From contig CAWGJO010000021.1 in the NCBI GenBank assembly GCA_963822945.1, forward strand, positions 160,001 to 224,000: a stretch of DNA of 64,000 nucleotides, given 5' to 3'. Positions within the stretch are counted from its first letter, which is position 1; each line of letters begins with the position of its first letter. The position numbers and the translations under genes were made by a program. The notes beneath the pieces are model-generated. The model did no database searches and was not told the origin of the DNA. It saw only the letters and a program-made list of their open reading frames with translations. This DNA comes from an uncultured Gemmatimonadaceae bacterium. GTDB lineage: Bacteria; Gemmatimonadota; Gemmatimonadetes; Gemmatimonadales; Gemmatimonadaceae. Of the stretch, positions 20,935 through 30,720 are shown piece by piece.

Positions 20935-22425
20935 TCAGTTGCACCCCAGTGAAAACGCACTGAAGCTGCTGTTGCCGCTCTCGGCGCCCAGCACGTAGAG
21001 CGTGCCGTCGCTCGCCGGCGTGCCGCCGCCCGATGGGCTCGCGATATCGACGGCGCCGCCGCTGGGGGTACCGTCGGGAGTGAAGCGGCGAGCTTGCATG
21101 AGCCCTCCGCTCGACAACCAAGTGACGAGCCATTCGCCGCGCGCCGCGTTCCATGTCACGGCCGGCTGCGTCGCCAGCGCGCCCGTCGGCGCGACCTCGA
21201 CGCTCGCGCTGAAACCCACGCTCGCCGTGGGAGCGTCGAAATTGCCCAACGCCAGACGCACGCTCTGGCTGCCGGGGCAACCCAGCTCCGCCGCGACCGC
21301 CACGCTGGCGGTGGGGGAAACGGCGATGGCTGCGCTGCGGGCACCGACCAAGTCCGGAATGGTAATGACACCCGGCTTGGCGCCGCCGGCCAAGAGCGCA
21401 TCACGCGCCACAGTCCACACCGAGACGTCGTTGCTGACCGGTGCGGCCACCAACACGATCCCGCTCCCGGCGACGGGCGCCACACCCGGTGGCCGCACAG
21501 AGAGGGAGTCTGACGTGAGGGTGCGCTCGACGGCCTTGGCCAACGCCGGGCTCGCACTGGCCGCCTTCTCCACGAGCAGTGCGCGCAGGGGCGCGGGGGC
21601 CGCGGCGCTGCAGTCGTCCAGAGCATCGCGCGCGGATAGCGGAACGTCGAAATACAGCGCCATGGCCGTCTTCGGGTCGTCCGCGAAGAACGCTAGGGCC
21701 GGGAGCGCCACACCGGCGGCGGTGGCGTTGCACGCTAGGTCAGCCTTGCCCGCGATGCCTGCGCTGTAGCGATAGGAAAGCGCGCCTTTGCCGCAGCCGC
21801 TGGTCAGCACGAACAGTGCAGCGCCGCCGGATTCGGCAAGCTGCACGTAGGGCTGCCGCGGTGCCAAGGTCGGCTCACTGGATAGAAACGAGCAACCGTC
21901 GAACAAAAATCCGGGATTTTGGCCCTGCATGCGCACGGCTTGGATGCAGCTGCCGCCGCCGGTCTGCACCAGCAGGCTGGCGACGACGTCCGAACCGTTG
22001 TCGCTCGCGAAGGTGACGTCCGCCGTGGACGGCAACGTGCCGAGCTTCTGTACCTCGCCGGCCGGAGTGGCGGCGACCACGAACTCGTCCACGATGCCGT
22101 CGCAGTTGTTGTCCTTGCCGTCGCACTGCTCGTCCACTCCCGAGCGGTTGCTCGGATTCGCGTCGTCGCAGTCGCCGCCGCCGCAGGCGACGGTCGGATC
22201 CCCGTCGCGGTCGTCATCGCGCGGACGCCGAACGCAGCGCTGGCTCGCCGGATCACACTGGAACGGATTGCAGGTGGGCCCCGGGTCGAGTCGATTGCAC
22301 ACGTCCGCGCCCTGGCTCAGGGCCGGACTGCACGGCTCCACGTCGTAGTCCGCCAACCCGCCGAACGTGCAACTCGCGATCGCACCCAGCAGCCCAACGA
22401 GACCCAGCCCGCGAAGCCGGCGCAT
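20935..22425 (-). CDS. lipoprotein with MopE-type motif
   Basis: MRRLRGLGLVGLLGAIASC; DCDDANP..EQCDGKDNNCDG. Confidence 0.75.
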   Translation of the reverse strand: MRRLRGLGLVGLLGAIASCTFGGLADYDVEPCSPALSQGADVCNRLDPGPTCNPFQCDPASQRCVRRPRDDDRDGDPTVACGGGDCDDANPSNRSGVDEQCDGKDNNCDGIVDEFVVAATPAGEVQKLGTLPSTADVTFASDNGSDVVASLLVQTGGGSCIQAVRMQGQNPGFLFDGCSFLSSEPTLAPRQPYVQLAESGGAALFVLTSGCGKGALSYRYSAGIAGKADLACNATAAGVALPALAFFADDPKTAMALYFDVPLSARDALDDCSAAAPAPLRALLVEKAASASPALAKAVERTLTSDSLSVRPPGVAPVAGSGIVLVAAPVSNDVSVWTVARDALLAGGAKPGVITIPDLVGARSAAIAVSPTASVAVAAELGCPGSQSVRLALGNFDAPTASVGFSASVEVAPTGALATQPAVTWNAARGEWLVTWLSSGGLMQARRFTPDGTPSGGAVDIASPSGGGTPASDGTLYVLGAESGNSSFSAFSLGCN

Positions 22426-22426
22426 G

Positions 22427-23647
22427 TCAGAAGCTCCCCCAGGCGCCAGCGCCGGCGCCGGAAGGGCCGACCAGCGGCGTGAGCGCGACGCGGCCCTTCT
22501 CCGTGCCGGGCAAGCCCCAATCGGTGGTGAAGGCCAGCACGCCGGCGCCCACGGCGAGCATGCCACCGGCCACGAACAGGATGTTCGCCGTGGTGGACTG
22601 GCCCTTGATGTCGTCGCGCACCGCGGAGTCGCGCTCCAGCGGATCCTTCGCCTGCTCGTCGTCGGATTTGCTCTTCGCGTCGATTGCCAGGTACGTGCCG
22701 GCGCCCACGGCCACCACGCTGGCTCCGGCAACGCCATAGAAGATCCACCGGGGCGTTCCGCTGCTGCCCGTTGCCCGCGCATCTGCGCGCAAGCGGATGC
22801 GCACGGCAGCGTCTTGACGATCCGATAGCTCCTGGCTCCAGCGGAAAGGCAGGTAGCCCGGCGCGCGCACTACCAACGTGTGACGCCCGACGTCGACTTC
22901 CCTCGCGCGATCCAGGCTTCCGGGCTCCACCGCGTCGCCGTCCAGCGTGACCGACAGCCCCGCCGGTCGCGTGCCGAAGCGCAGCAGAAGGCGAGCAGTG
23001 GGCACCCGCTCCAGCCGAACTTCCACTCGCTTCTGCTCACCCTCGGCAAGTGTTACGCGCTCGTGAAACGGCTTGCTGCGGGCGCCGTGCGCTACCACTT
23101 CCAGCGTGCCGGGATCCGTCTCCACCGCGACGCCCCACGCCGCCCGCTGCAGCTCCGCACCGCTGACGGTGACGCGAAATCCCGGGGGCGGATCGCTGGG
23201 CACCACGACGGTCAAACGCGGAACCTTGCCTTCGATCTCCGCCGCCTCGCTGGCCGCCGCATCGCGCGTTGCCGAGTAACGCTTCTCGCCCGAGGCGGTC
23301 AGCCGGTCCTGCGCTTCCCGCGCGGACAGCTTGTACTGCGTGTACGCGCTGGCCACCTGCCCGAGCGCGCGATGGCAGCGGGCGATGTACAGCCGCGTGT
23401 TTGGGCTCGCCTGCAGCTCCAGACTCGCCTTGAAGGCCACCAGCGCCTCTTCGAACTGCCCCGCTTCGAAGGCGCTCTTGCCCTCGATGAACTTGTTCAA
23501 TGACGCGCTCTGGGTGCCTTGGTCGGCGTGCGCCGATACGGGCGCCACCATCGGCCCGGCAGCGACGATAGCGAGCTGCAGCAGAAGTGCGATTTCGTAC
23601 AACCACCGCGCTCCAGCGGCTGCCCCGACCAAATTGGATCGCAACAT
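22427..23647 (-). CDS. TPR + PEGA-domain protein
   Basis: N-terminal TPR (FEAGQFEEALVAF, YIARCHRALGQ), PEGA-like VGRHTLVVRAPGY, C-terminal hydrophobic hairpin ending GSF. Confidence 0.8.
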   Translation of the reverse strand: MLRSNLVGAAAGARWLYEIALLLQLAIVAAGPMVAPVSAHADQGTQSASLNKFIEGKSAFEAGQFEEALVAFKASLELQASPNTRLYIARCHRALGQVASAYTQYKLSAREAQDRLTASGEKRYSATRDAAASEAAEIEGKVPRLTVVVPSDPPPGFRVTVSGAELQRAAWGVAVETDPGTLEVVAHGARSKPFHERVTLAEGEQKRVEVRLERVPTARLLLRFGTRPAGLSVTLDGDAVEPGSLDRAREVDVGRHTLVVRAPGYLPFRWSQELSDRQDAAVRIRLRADARATGSSGTPRWIFYGVAGASVVAVGAGTYLAIDAKSKSDDEQAKDPLERDSAVRDDIKGQSTTANILFVAGGMLAVGAGVLAFTTDWGLPGTEKGRVALTPLVGPSGAGAGAWGSF

Positions 23648-23941
23648 CTCACCTTCCGCCTACCGGCCCGGCGCTGGGCTTTCTATGGGCATTTGGTCGA
23701 GGACTGCCGTCAATCAGGTAGGCTCCGCGTCCTTCCGTGGCCGCGGCGCCTGAGGACGCCACCAGCCAACGTCGAAGTCCGCGCCGCCGCTCGATCCCCG
23801 CGAGGGGTATCGAGGTCGACGTGAGCCCGGCCCGCGCCGATGCGCACGCCCGCGGCAAGGTGAGCTCCCGCGACCGCGGCTGGGGACGTTGCAGCTCGCG
23901 CGCCGCTTGCCCTCACGCCTGACAGCCAATACGCTGAGAGA

Positions 23942-24385
23942 ATGAGGTTTAGCGTGATTGCGATTGGGGCAGTACTGGCCATGGCGTGCAGCTCGGGTTC
24001 GAGCGGAGGCGGGGGTTCCCAGACGAGTGCCGCATGCCAGAGCGCCTGCAGTCACGCCTCGAGCGTCTGCCCTGCCCAGTTCCAAGACACGGCAAAGTGC
24101 GAGAGTGGTTGCTCGGCCCTATCTCCCGGTCGGGTCGCGTGCTTGAGCGTCGAAAGCACTTGCGAGTTTCTGGAGCGCTGCGCCGAGGGCAGCCCAGCGA
24201 CCGGCGGCGGCGCAACGCAGGCTGCCTGTAACGAGGGCTGCGCACATGCCGCGCAACAATGCCCAGAACAGTTTCAAGACACCGCAAAATGCGAGTCGTC
24301 GTGCCCTCAACTCTCCCCGGGCCAAGCGGCGTGTTTGGCGGTGGATACGACTTGCGACCTCTTGACAGCGTGCGTCGGCGAGTGA
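23942..24385 (+). CDS. small lipoprotein with two tandem 7-Cys repeats
   Basis: AMAC lipobox; duplicated CxxxCxHAxxxCPxQFQDTAKCESxCxxLSPGxxACLxVxxTCxxLxxC unit. Confidence 0.75.
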   Translation: MRFSVIAIGAVLAMACSSGSSGGGGSQTSAACQSACSHASSVCPAQFQDTAKCESGCSALSPGRVACLSVESTCEFLERCAEGSPATGGGATQAACNEGCAHAAQQCPEQFQDTAKCESSCPQLSPGQAACLAVDTTCDLLTACVGE

Positions 24386-24440
24386 GCGCGGCCGCCGGTC
24401 TCGTGGAGCAGCACGGCCAGGCTCCCCGGCGTCGTCATCC

Positions 24441-25806
24441 TCAGGGGTGACCGGAGGGGAGGTCTTCCAGTGCGGTACCCGGCGCCGCACACAGCACGAA
24501 CGGTCCGGGCGGGGCGTCCTGCAAGCGCACGTCCATCAGCTTCTGACCCAGCATTGCCGGGAGCGGCGAGTCCGTCAGTTGCCACAGCGCCTCAGGGTGC
24601 TCGTCGGGGTTGTTCGGGATCTCCCAGCGCCGGGGATCGTAGCGAAGCGCACCGAGCAGGCCCACCGCAAGGGTGACGCCCAGCGCGGCGCCCAGCACGG
24701 CGCGGCGGCGCGGCGGCCAGCTCGCGGCGGCGAAGATCGCCACCCAAAGCGAAAGCGCGAGCAGCCGCGGACCGAACGTCATACCGCCCCACCACTTGTA
24801 GAACACCGCCGCCACGACGAGCTGCGCCGCGACTCCCACAGTCAGCGGCAGAGCGAGCCGAGTACGAGGCCACGCGCCCACGAGCCACACCGGCGCAAAC
24901 CACAGAACGCCGCGCGCGGGGCTCACCAGCAAACCGGCCGACCCCAACGCTAGGTGCCCCGGCGAGAAATTGAAGATCTTTTCCGTCGCACGCGCGTTGG
25001 CCGTCAGCTGACCGGGCGACACGATCGAGTCGAAGTACCACAGGTTCCAGATCATCACCGGCATCACTGCGAAGATCGCGACGATGCCCGCTGCTAACAC
25101 CACGGCGGGCGGAGCCTTGGCTTCGCGAGCAGCGAGGGCGCCGAACACGGCGACGGCCACACACAGGGGTGCGTCCGGGGGGCGCAGCGTGGCGGCGAAA
25201 ACGGCAAAGGCCACCGCCGGCACCAGGAGCCACGGCCGCTGTCGCGTCCAGGCCGCCGCCGCCAGAGCGGCCAGCAGCGCGGGGAGCGCTGCGGTCTGTT
25301 GCCACGAAACCTTGTCCCAGGGTCGGCGCGCCGGCGAAGGAGCACCCCGCTACCAGCGCGCCCGCCGCCGCCCAACGCCACCCCACGCGCGCGAGCAGCG
25401 CCAGCGCCAGCAGCGCGGTGGAGAGGGCGAGGGCCAGCGCGGAGCCATGGCGCGCTTTTCGCCTCAGGACCTCATCGGTCACCTGAGTCTTTGGTGCGAG
25501 CCCACTCGCGAACATCTCGCCCAGATAGCCGGGGCCCGGACCGAAGCTCGATACCAACTTCTTTCCGTCGGAAGACGGCAGGGCGTAGTACGGCAACCGT
25601 CCGCTCCGGGCTCGCTGTCGGAGCCAGGCTACGCTTGCCAGATCCGACGTTCCGCTGCACGTCAGGCTGACCATGCCGAGCCGGCCGGGAACCGTGTCGC
25701 CGCCCTGCGGCAGGAGCGGCACGGCCAGCGTGATCGCTAGCACCACAAGCGCAGCCACGAGTGGCACGACGATTCGCACAGCCAGCGCAGGTTCGAGCTT
25801 CGCCAT
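24441..25806 (-). CDS. polytopic membrane protein, possibly GT-C glycosyltransferase-like (frameshift ~25305)
   Basis: Many TMs; GLLVSPARGVLWFAP and KWWGGMTFGPRLL motifs. Confidence 0.6.
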
Positions 25807-26052
25807 CTTCACCAGAACGCGCCGCGCCCTAGCGCGGAACCATGCACTTTCCGGCTTCGCAGACCGGTGCGGTGCGCGTGATCATCCGACGCAGAGCATG
25901 CACCGCGATCTCGGCAAACAACAGCGGATCGGAACCGGCCGCGCCCGGGGATGCTTGGAATGACCAGGGTACCGGCCACCGGTGAGTCCACTCGAAACAC
26001 GACATCCGTCACTCCCGCGCCGCGTCGATCGTGCTAATTTAGCGCTGGGGGC

Positions 26053-27495
26053 ATGATCATCGCTCGAAAGCTCTCGTCAGGCATCGGCCTTTCGCTGCTC
26101 GGCGCGCTGGCGTTAATACATTGTTCGGCTTCCGAGACCACGCCGGCACAGTTGTCCAGCGATGGCGGGATCACCGAAGCCGCAGCGGACACCAGTGTCG
26201 AGTCGTCGATCCCGGAGAGCGGCAGCGACGCGGGCGCCGCGGACGTCAATCCCTTCGACGCCCCGAGCGACGCCGACGCTGGAGCCAGCACGCTCACCCC
26301 CGCCATCTGGAACACCGCATGGGAAGGCAACATACAAAACGCGCGTGTTGCCCTCTCGCCCCAAGGCGACATCGTCGTCGCAGGCGCATTCGGCGCCGGC
26401 ACCCTGAGCACCGGCGTACCGGGTCAGGTGATTTCGACCTTCAGCAACGACTGGTACATCGCCAAGCTGCCGGCCGGCGGTGGCCCGGCGTACTGGTTGC
26501 GCCAGGTGTCATCGACATCGACCGGCCTGGTGTCTGACGTCGCGGTCGGTCCCGATGGCAGCATCTTCGTTGCGGGGATGTTGGGTGGTGGCGCCGCCAA
26601 CGTGGACTACCACGGGATGCCGGGAGCGCCGGCGGGCTCCAACAATCCACCTCTGGCGGTGCTGAAGTTGGATCCCGCGGGCGAATTCGTCTGGGCCCAC
26701 TCCGCCCCGCAAGCGTCGGGTGTCGCCGCTGCCCCGAACGGCGACGTATTCGTGGCGGAATCCGTGGTCGGAGACGCATCGACGACGCTCGCAGCCGCCA
26801 CACGCATCGCGCCGGGGGGAGCCGTAATGGAAACACGCACCTTTGGTGGCTCCGGCACAGGGACGCACGCTGACGACGTCGTAGTCCATTCGTCGGGCGA
26901 CCCAATCTTCACGTTCAGTACGTCGTCGCATGTGGATTTCGGCCAGGGACTGGAAGAAGGCACCGTTACGGTCCGCTTCGATTCCAAGCTCGACACCAAG
27001 TGGTCCACGAGCTGCAAGATATTCGGCACTCAGTCACGCGCCAGGGTGGCCATCTCGACCGACGACCGCGCTGTCGTCGCTGGACAAGGCACACCCAGCT
27101 GCGCGGGCTTCAGCCAAGTGGTTGGCTCACAGAGCTTCTTCCTGGTGTACGACGACTCGGGGCAGCTGAGCTTCACGCACATCTTTCCGGACACGCCCGG
27201 CATCAGCGACCTGGCGGTCGGTCCCGACGGGCGAATCTACGTGACCGGGAACAATAGCTATGCAACCGCTTCCGGCATCTTCATCCGGGGCACTGATTCT
27301 GCTGGCACGAACCCGTTCGCCTGGATCGTACCCGCTTCTTCCCTGCAAAACGACCTGAGGGAACCGGCCCTCGCTTCCGTCGCCCCCGGACAGCTCATCG
27401 TCGTGGCTAAAGGGCACGGCACCATCAATCTCGGCGCGGGGCAACTGCTCGGCTTTGGCATGCATGGGCTGCTCATCGCCCAGGTCGCGCCCTGA
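26053..27495 (+). CDS. beta-propeller (SBBP-like) lipoprotein
   Basis: LIHC lipobox-like; repeats VAVGPDGSIFVAG / LAVGPDGRIYVTG / VLKLDPAGEFVW. Confidence 0.75.
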   Translation: MIIARKLSSGIGLSLLGALALIHCSASETTPAQLSSDGGITEAAADTSVESSIPESGSDAGAADVNPFDAPSDADAGASTLTPAIWNTAWEGNIQNARVALSPQGDIVVAGAFGAGTLSTGVPGQVISTFSNDWYIAKLPAGGGPAYWLRQVSSTSTGLVSDVAVGPDGSIFVAGMLGGGAANVDYHGMPGAPAGSNNPPLAVLKLDPAGEFVWAHSAPQASGVAAAPNGDVFVAESVVGDASTTLAAATRIAPGGAVMETRTFGGSGTGTHADDVVVHSSGDPIFTFSTSSHVDFGQGLEEGTVTVRFDSKLDTKWSTSCKIFGTQSRARVAISTDDRAVVAGQGTPSCAGFSQVVGSQSFFLVYDDSGQLSFTHIFPDTPGISDLAVGPDGRIYVTGNNSYATASGIFIRGTDSAGTNPFAWIVPASSLQNDLREPALASVAPGQLIVVAKGHGTINLGAGQLLGFGMHGLLIAQVAP

Positions 27496-27559
27496 CGCGC
27501 GCCGAAAGGACGCGCGCACGACTTGCTCCGCTTCCCGCGGGGCGGGCCCTTTTGCTGGC

Positions 27560-28166
27560 TCAGTCTGCGTCGCAGTAGTTGGGCGCGGCTTTCAGCCATT
27601 CCGTGTCGGGGCAACTTCCGATGACGGTGTAACCGCCACCAGTTTTGGGCCCTGAGGTGCAGGTGCAGCTCAGAGCCGGGTCCGCCGTGCTCGTCGGCGT
27701 GCAGCTCACCTCGAAGGCGGCCGCGCCGTTGCAGGTCGCCGAGCAGTCTCCGTTGCTCGTGACCGAAGAAGAACAATCATACGGACCGCACTCGTTGTAG
27801 GTCTGCAGCGCGGCGTCGCACGCCGGATCGAGCTCGGGCTGACCGTCCACGCACTGCATGGGGTGAACCAAGGTGCAATCGAGAATGGCTTCGAACTCCT
27901 TTTGGCAGCCGTCCTTCAGGGCGCTCGCAGCGGCCTCCGTGGTGTCCGCAACGCAGGACTTGGGCTTGCACGGAAGCTGATCCACGCTCGCGCAGAATCT
28001 GCTCGATCTTCGCCAGCGGGATCGTCGCGCCCCCGCTTCCGCCGCCACCGCCAGTCGCTCCGCTCCCGCCCTGCCCTGCGCCGCCACCGCCGCTCGAAGT
28101 GCCTCCGCACGCCGCGAAGGCGCCCGCGATGATCCCGATACCAACGAGTCGTCCGAGCCAGCCCAT
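27560..28166 (-). CDS. Cys-rich lipoprotein, paralogue B (single extra A at 27996/27997)
   Basis: Paralogue A reads cgcagatctgctc where this copy reads cgcagaatctgctc; removing one A restores the frame. Confidence 0.8.
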
Positions 28167-28296
28167 GCCTGCCTCCCGCCGCTGGCCATGCCACGAAACG
28201 CGCGCGCGAGCCAGGCCGGTTCCCCCGAAGGGGGCGCGGCGGACCACCAAAACACCCGGAGCCCTCCGCCGCGGAAATCGGCTATGTCTGCAGAAC

Positions 28297-28899
28297 GTGA
28301 AATACGCGTTGCTGCTCCTTCCGTGCATTGCTTGTTCTTCTGTTGGTCCGGCGCGGCCACACCCCGTGGCGCCCGCACCGGCGGCGGCTCCGACTCCGGC
28401 TCCCCTGCCGCTGCCAGCGCCGCGGACGGATGGCATGGCGCCGCCACCTTTCACCGCCGATGAAATGCGCGCGGGCACTCCCAGCGGCCGCACCGTGGTG
28501 CTGGAGGAGACCTCACCAGACAGCGGTGAGAAGACGCGGCGCACCATCCTGTACACGAACGTGAACCCCACGGGCGGGGGCGTGCATGTGACTTTCTCGG
28601 ACGCCAGCGGCGCTGCACTCGCCTCCCAGATCACCGCGACCTTCACGTGGGCGCAGCAGGAACGCCAGGTCACTCGCCCGGCGAACGTCACTCGAATCGA
28701 ACAGGCGCGGATAACCGTGCCCGCCGGCACTTTCGACACGCTGCTCTACACCGTGGACGAGCTCCGGGACGACGGCCTGCGCCGGGTGATGAAGGACTGG
28801 TATGCGCGGGAGGTTCCGGGCATCCCGGTCAAGAGCCTGATGACGCTGGATGGCCGCGTCGTGCACGACTCCGTCCTGCTCGAGAATCGCTCGCGCTGA
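28297..28899 (+). CDS. hypothetical lipoprotein
   Basis: GTG start, LLLLPCIAC; ITVPAGTFDT...WYAREVPGIPVK motif. Confidence 0.65.
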   Translation: MKYALLLLPCIACSSVGPARPHPVAPAPAAAPTPAPLPLPAPRTDGMAPPPFTADEMRAGTPSGRTVVLEETSPDSGEKTRRTILYTNVNPTGGGVHVTFSDASGAALASQITATFTWAQQERQVTRPANVTRIEQARITVPAGTFDTLLYTVDELRDDGLRRVMKDWYAREVPGIPVKSLMTLDGRVVHDSVLLENRSR

Positions 28900-29123
28900 C
28901 TGGTGCCGCGAGGCACAGCCCGCCAATGATGACCGCCCGGCGGCTGCGAATGCGTGCACGCGGGTAGCTCGGCTTCGGCGTGCCGTCGATCAGAAACAGG
29001 CCTGCGCATCAAGCTGAACACGCTACGCTGTGTGTAGTGCACACTTCCGAGCACGTCCCGGGCCGAGAGCGCGCTGGGGCACGCTCGCGCGTTGACCAGA
29101 CGCAACCGCGCTCACATGTCGGC

Positions 29124-30245
29124 GTGCTGGTCGCGATAGTGTTGCTCTGTGCGTGCTCGCGCGCGGCCGAGTCGCGTGTCGAGCCTCTCGTGACCCCACC
29201 GCGGCCCGCCGGGACCGCGCCAATGCCGGTGCCGTCGGCATCGCGGCCGCTGGAGCTCCCCGAGCCCGTGCCCTATCCAACGCTTCGGCCCACGCGCGCG
29301 TTTCGCCGGATCCCGCTGCCAAAAGGTGTCGCCTTCTCCGACATGGCGGGTGCTGGTGACGTTGTTTACCTGCTTTCGGGGAAGAAGATCTACGTCCACG
29401 ACGGAAAGCGCGTGGTCCACCAAGCGGAGCTCTGCCGGGGGGCGACGCAAGATCGATACTGGCTCGAAAGCACCCACCACGGCGTGGTGGCCATAGGCTT
29501 TGGCGAGCACGATTCATACATCGTGGCTCGACTCGAAGCGAACGGCGCCGTGCACTGCGATACCTACTCGCGCACGCCCGACACCAGCCTGTTGCTCGGG
29601 CTGACGCTGCTCTCAAAGCGGTCCGGGTTCACCTTGCCCGCTGACACGCGCCCACTATTCGGCATCCCTCTTCCACCAACCGACAACCCACGCGGGGGCA
29701 TGCTCTTCGCACCCCGGAGAGACTCGATCTGGATCATGGTCTTTCCGCCGTTTGCTGACGATGCCGACTCCCAGGCATTTCACTACTTCCACTTCGACGG
29801 GAAACGCTGGGAGCCGACAAAGATGCCTCCGAGCACCGAGCCGATCTCACCCATCTGGGACATGTGGTCAGATCCCGAGGGCGCGGTCTGGACTATCATC
29901 AACCCATACTTCTTTGGCGTGCTGCATGGCGGTCCACGCCGAGAGACCCACATGTCGCTCGGGAAGTATGACGGTTCCACGTGGACGCTCATGGCCGTCC
30001 CCGAGTACTTTGGCGCGAACCGGTTGACAGGAACCGCCGCGGACGACGTCTGGTTCATCTCGAGAACGGATGTATTCCAGTGGGACGGCGCCCGCTGGCA
30101 CACCGAGAGCTTCGTGGACCGCGAGCCCAACGGTCCCCACGCGAACTTCCAAGGCACGCCGTTCATGGACGCCATGGGCTCGCTCTGGCTCTTGGCAGAC
30201 ACCGAGAAGGGCTGGCAGCTCTTTCGAACGGTTCCGAAAGACTGA
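29124..30245 (+). CDS. hypothetical lipoprotein, beta-propeller-like
   Basis: VLLCAC; repeats HFDGKRW / KYDGSTW / QWDGARW; start uncertain. Confidence 0.6.
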   Translation: MLVAIVLLCACSRAAESRVEPLVTPPRPAGTAPMPVPSASRPLELPEPVPYPTLRPTRAFRRIPLPKGVAFSDMAGAGDVVYLLSGKKIYVHDGKRVVHQAELCRGATQDRYWLESTHHGVVAIGFGEHDSYIVARLEANGAVHCDTYSRTPDTSLLLGLTLLSKRSGFTLPADTRPLFGIPLPPTDNPRGGMLFAPRRDSIWIMVFPPFADDADSQAFHYFHFDGKRWEPTKMPPSTEPISPIWDMWSDPEGAVWTIINPYFFGVLHGGPRRETHMSLGKYDGSTWTLMAVPEYFGANRLTGTAADDVWFISRTDVFQWDGARWHTESFVDREPNGPHANFQGTPFMDAMGSLWLLADTEKGWQLFRTVPKD

Positions 30246-30255
30246 ACGCCCCCGT

Positions 30256-30278
30256 GGTTCCGCGCCGGACCAACAAAC
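30256..30278 (-). repeat. REP-like motif copy
   Basis: Exact reverse complement of 51770-51792. Confidence 0.8.
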
Positions 30279-30285
30279 AAACGAT

Positions 30286-30720
30286 CTAGTGCGAGATCAC
30301 GCACCGCTTGGCTTCGCAGACGGCGGCGTTCGCGGACCAGGCGGCGCACTTCACCTTGCCGCAGCTCATCGCGCAGCGCGCCTTCAGCTCTTCGATCTTG
30401 CCCATCAAGGGCACCACGGCGTGCTCTGGCGCGGCCATGCCACAGGGAGACAGGCAGGGCGCGACGATGCGCATGCAGCGCGTGGCCGGGCCGCAGGTGT
30501 TGTCGAACGTCAGGCGCGTCTGGATTTCCTCGGCCAGAGCGTCGCAGTCCACCGCCGCGGCTTCCGGTGCGGCATCTGCGACGGCCACTTCAGGCGCAGC
30601 CTCCACTCCCGCGTCCTCGGGCTCCGGAGCCGCGACGGGGGCGACAGCCGGCGGAGGCGTTGGGCGCGGCGCCGGGGTGCACGCGCCCACTACGAGGGCC
30701 GCAAGGCCCCAGCGCTTCAC
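30286..30720 (-). CDS. small 10-Cys lipoprotein coupled to thiC
   Basis: GTGA overlap with the thiC stop; LVVGAC lipobox. Confidence 0.7.
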   Translation of the reverse strand: MKRWGLAALVVGACTPAPRPTPPPAVAPVAAPEPEDAGVEAAPEVAVADAAPEAAAVDCDALAEEIQTRLTFDNTCGPATRCMRIVAPCLSPCGMAAPEHAVVPLMGKIEELKARCAMSCGKVKCAAWSANAAVCEAKRCVISH

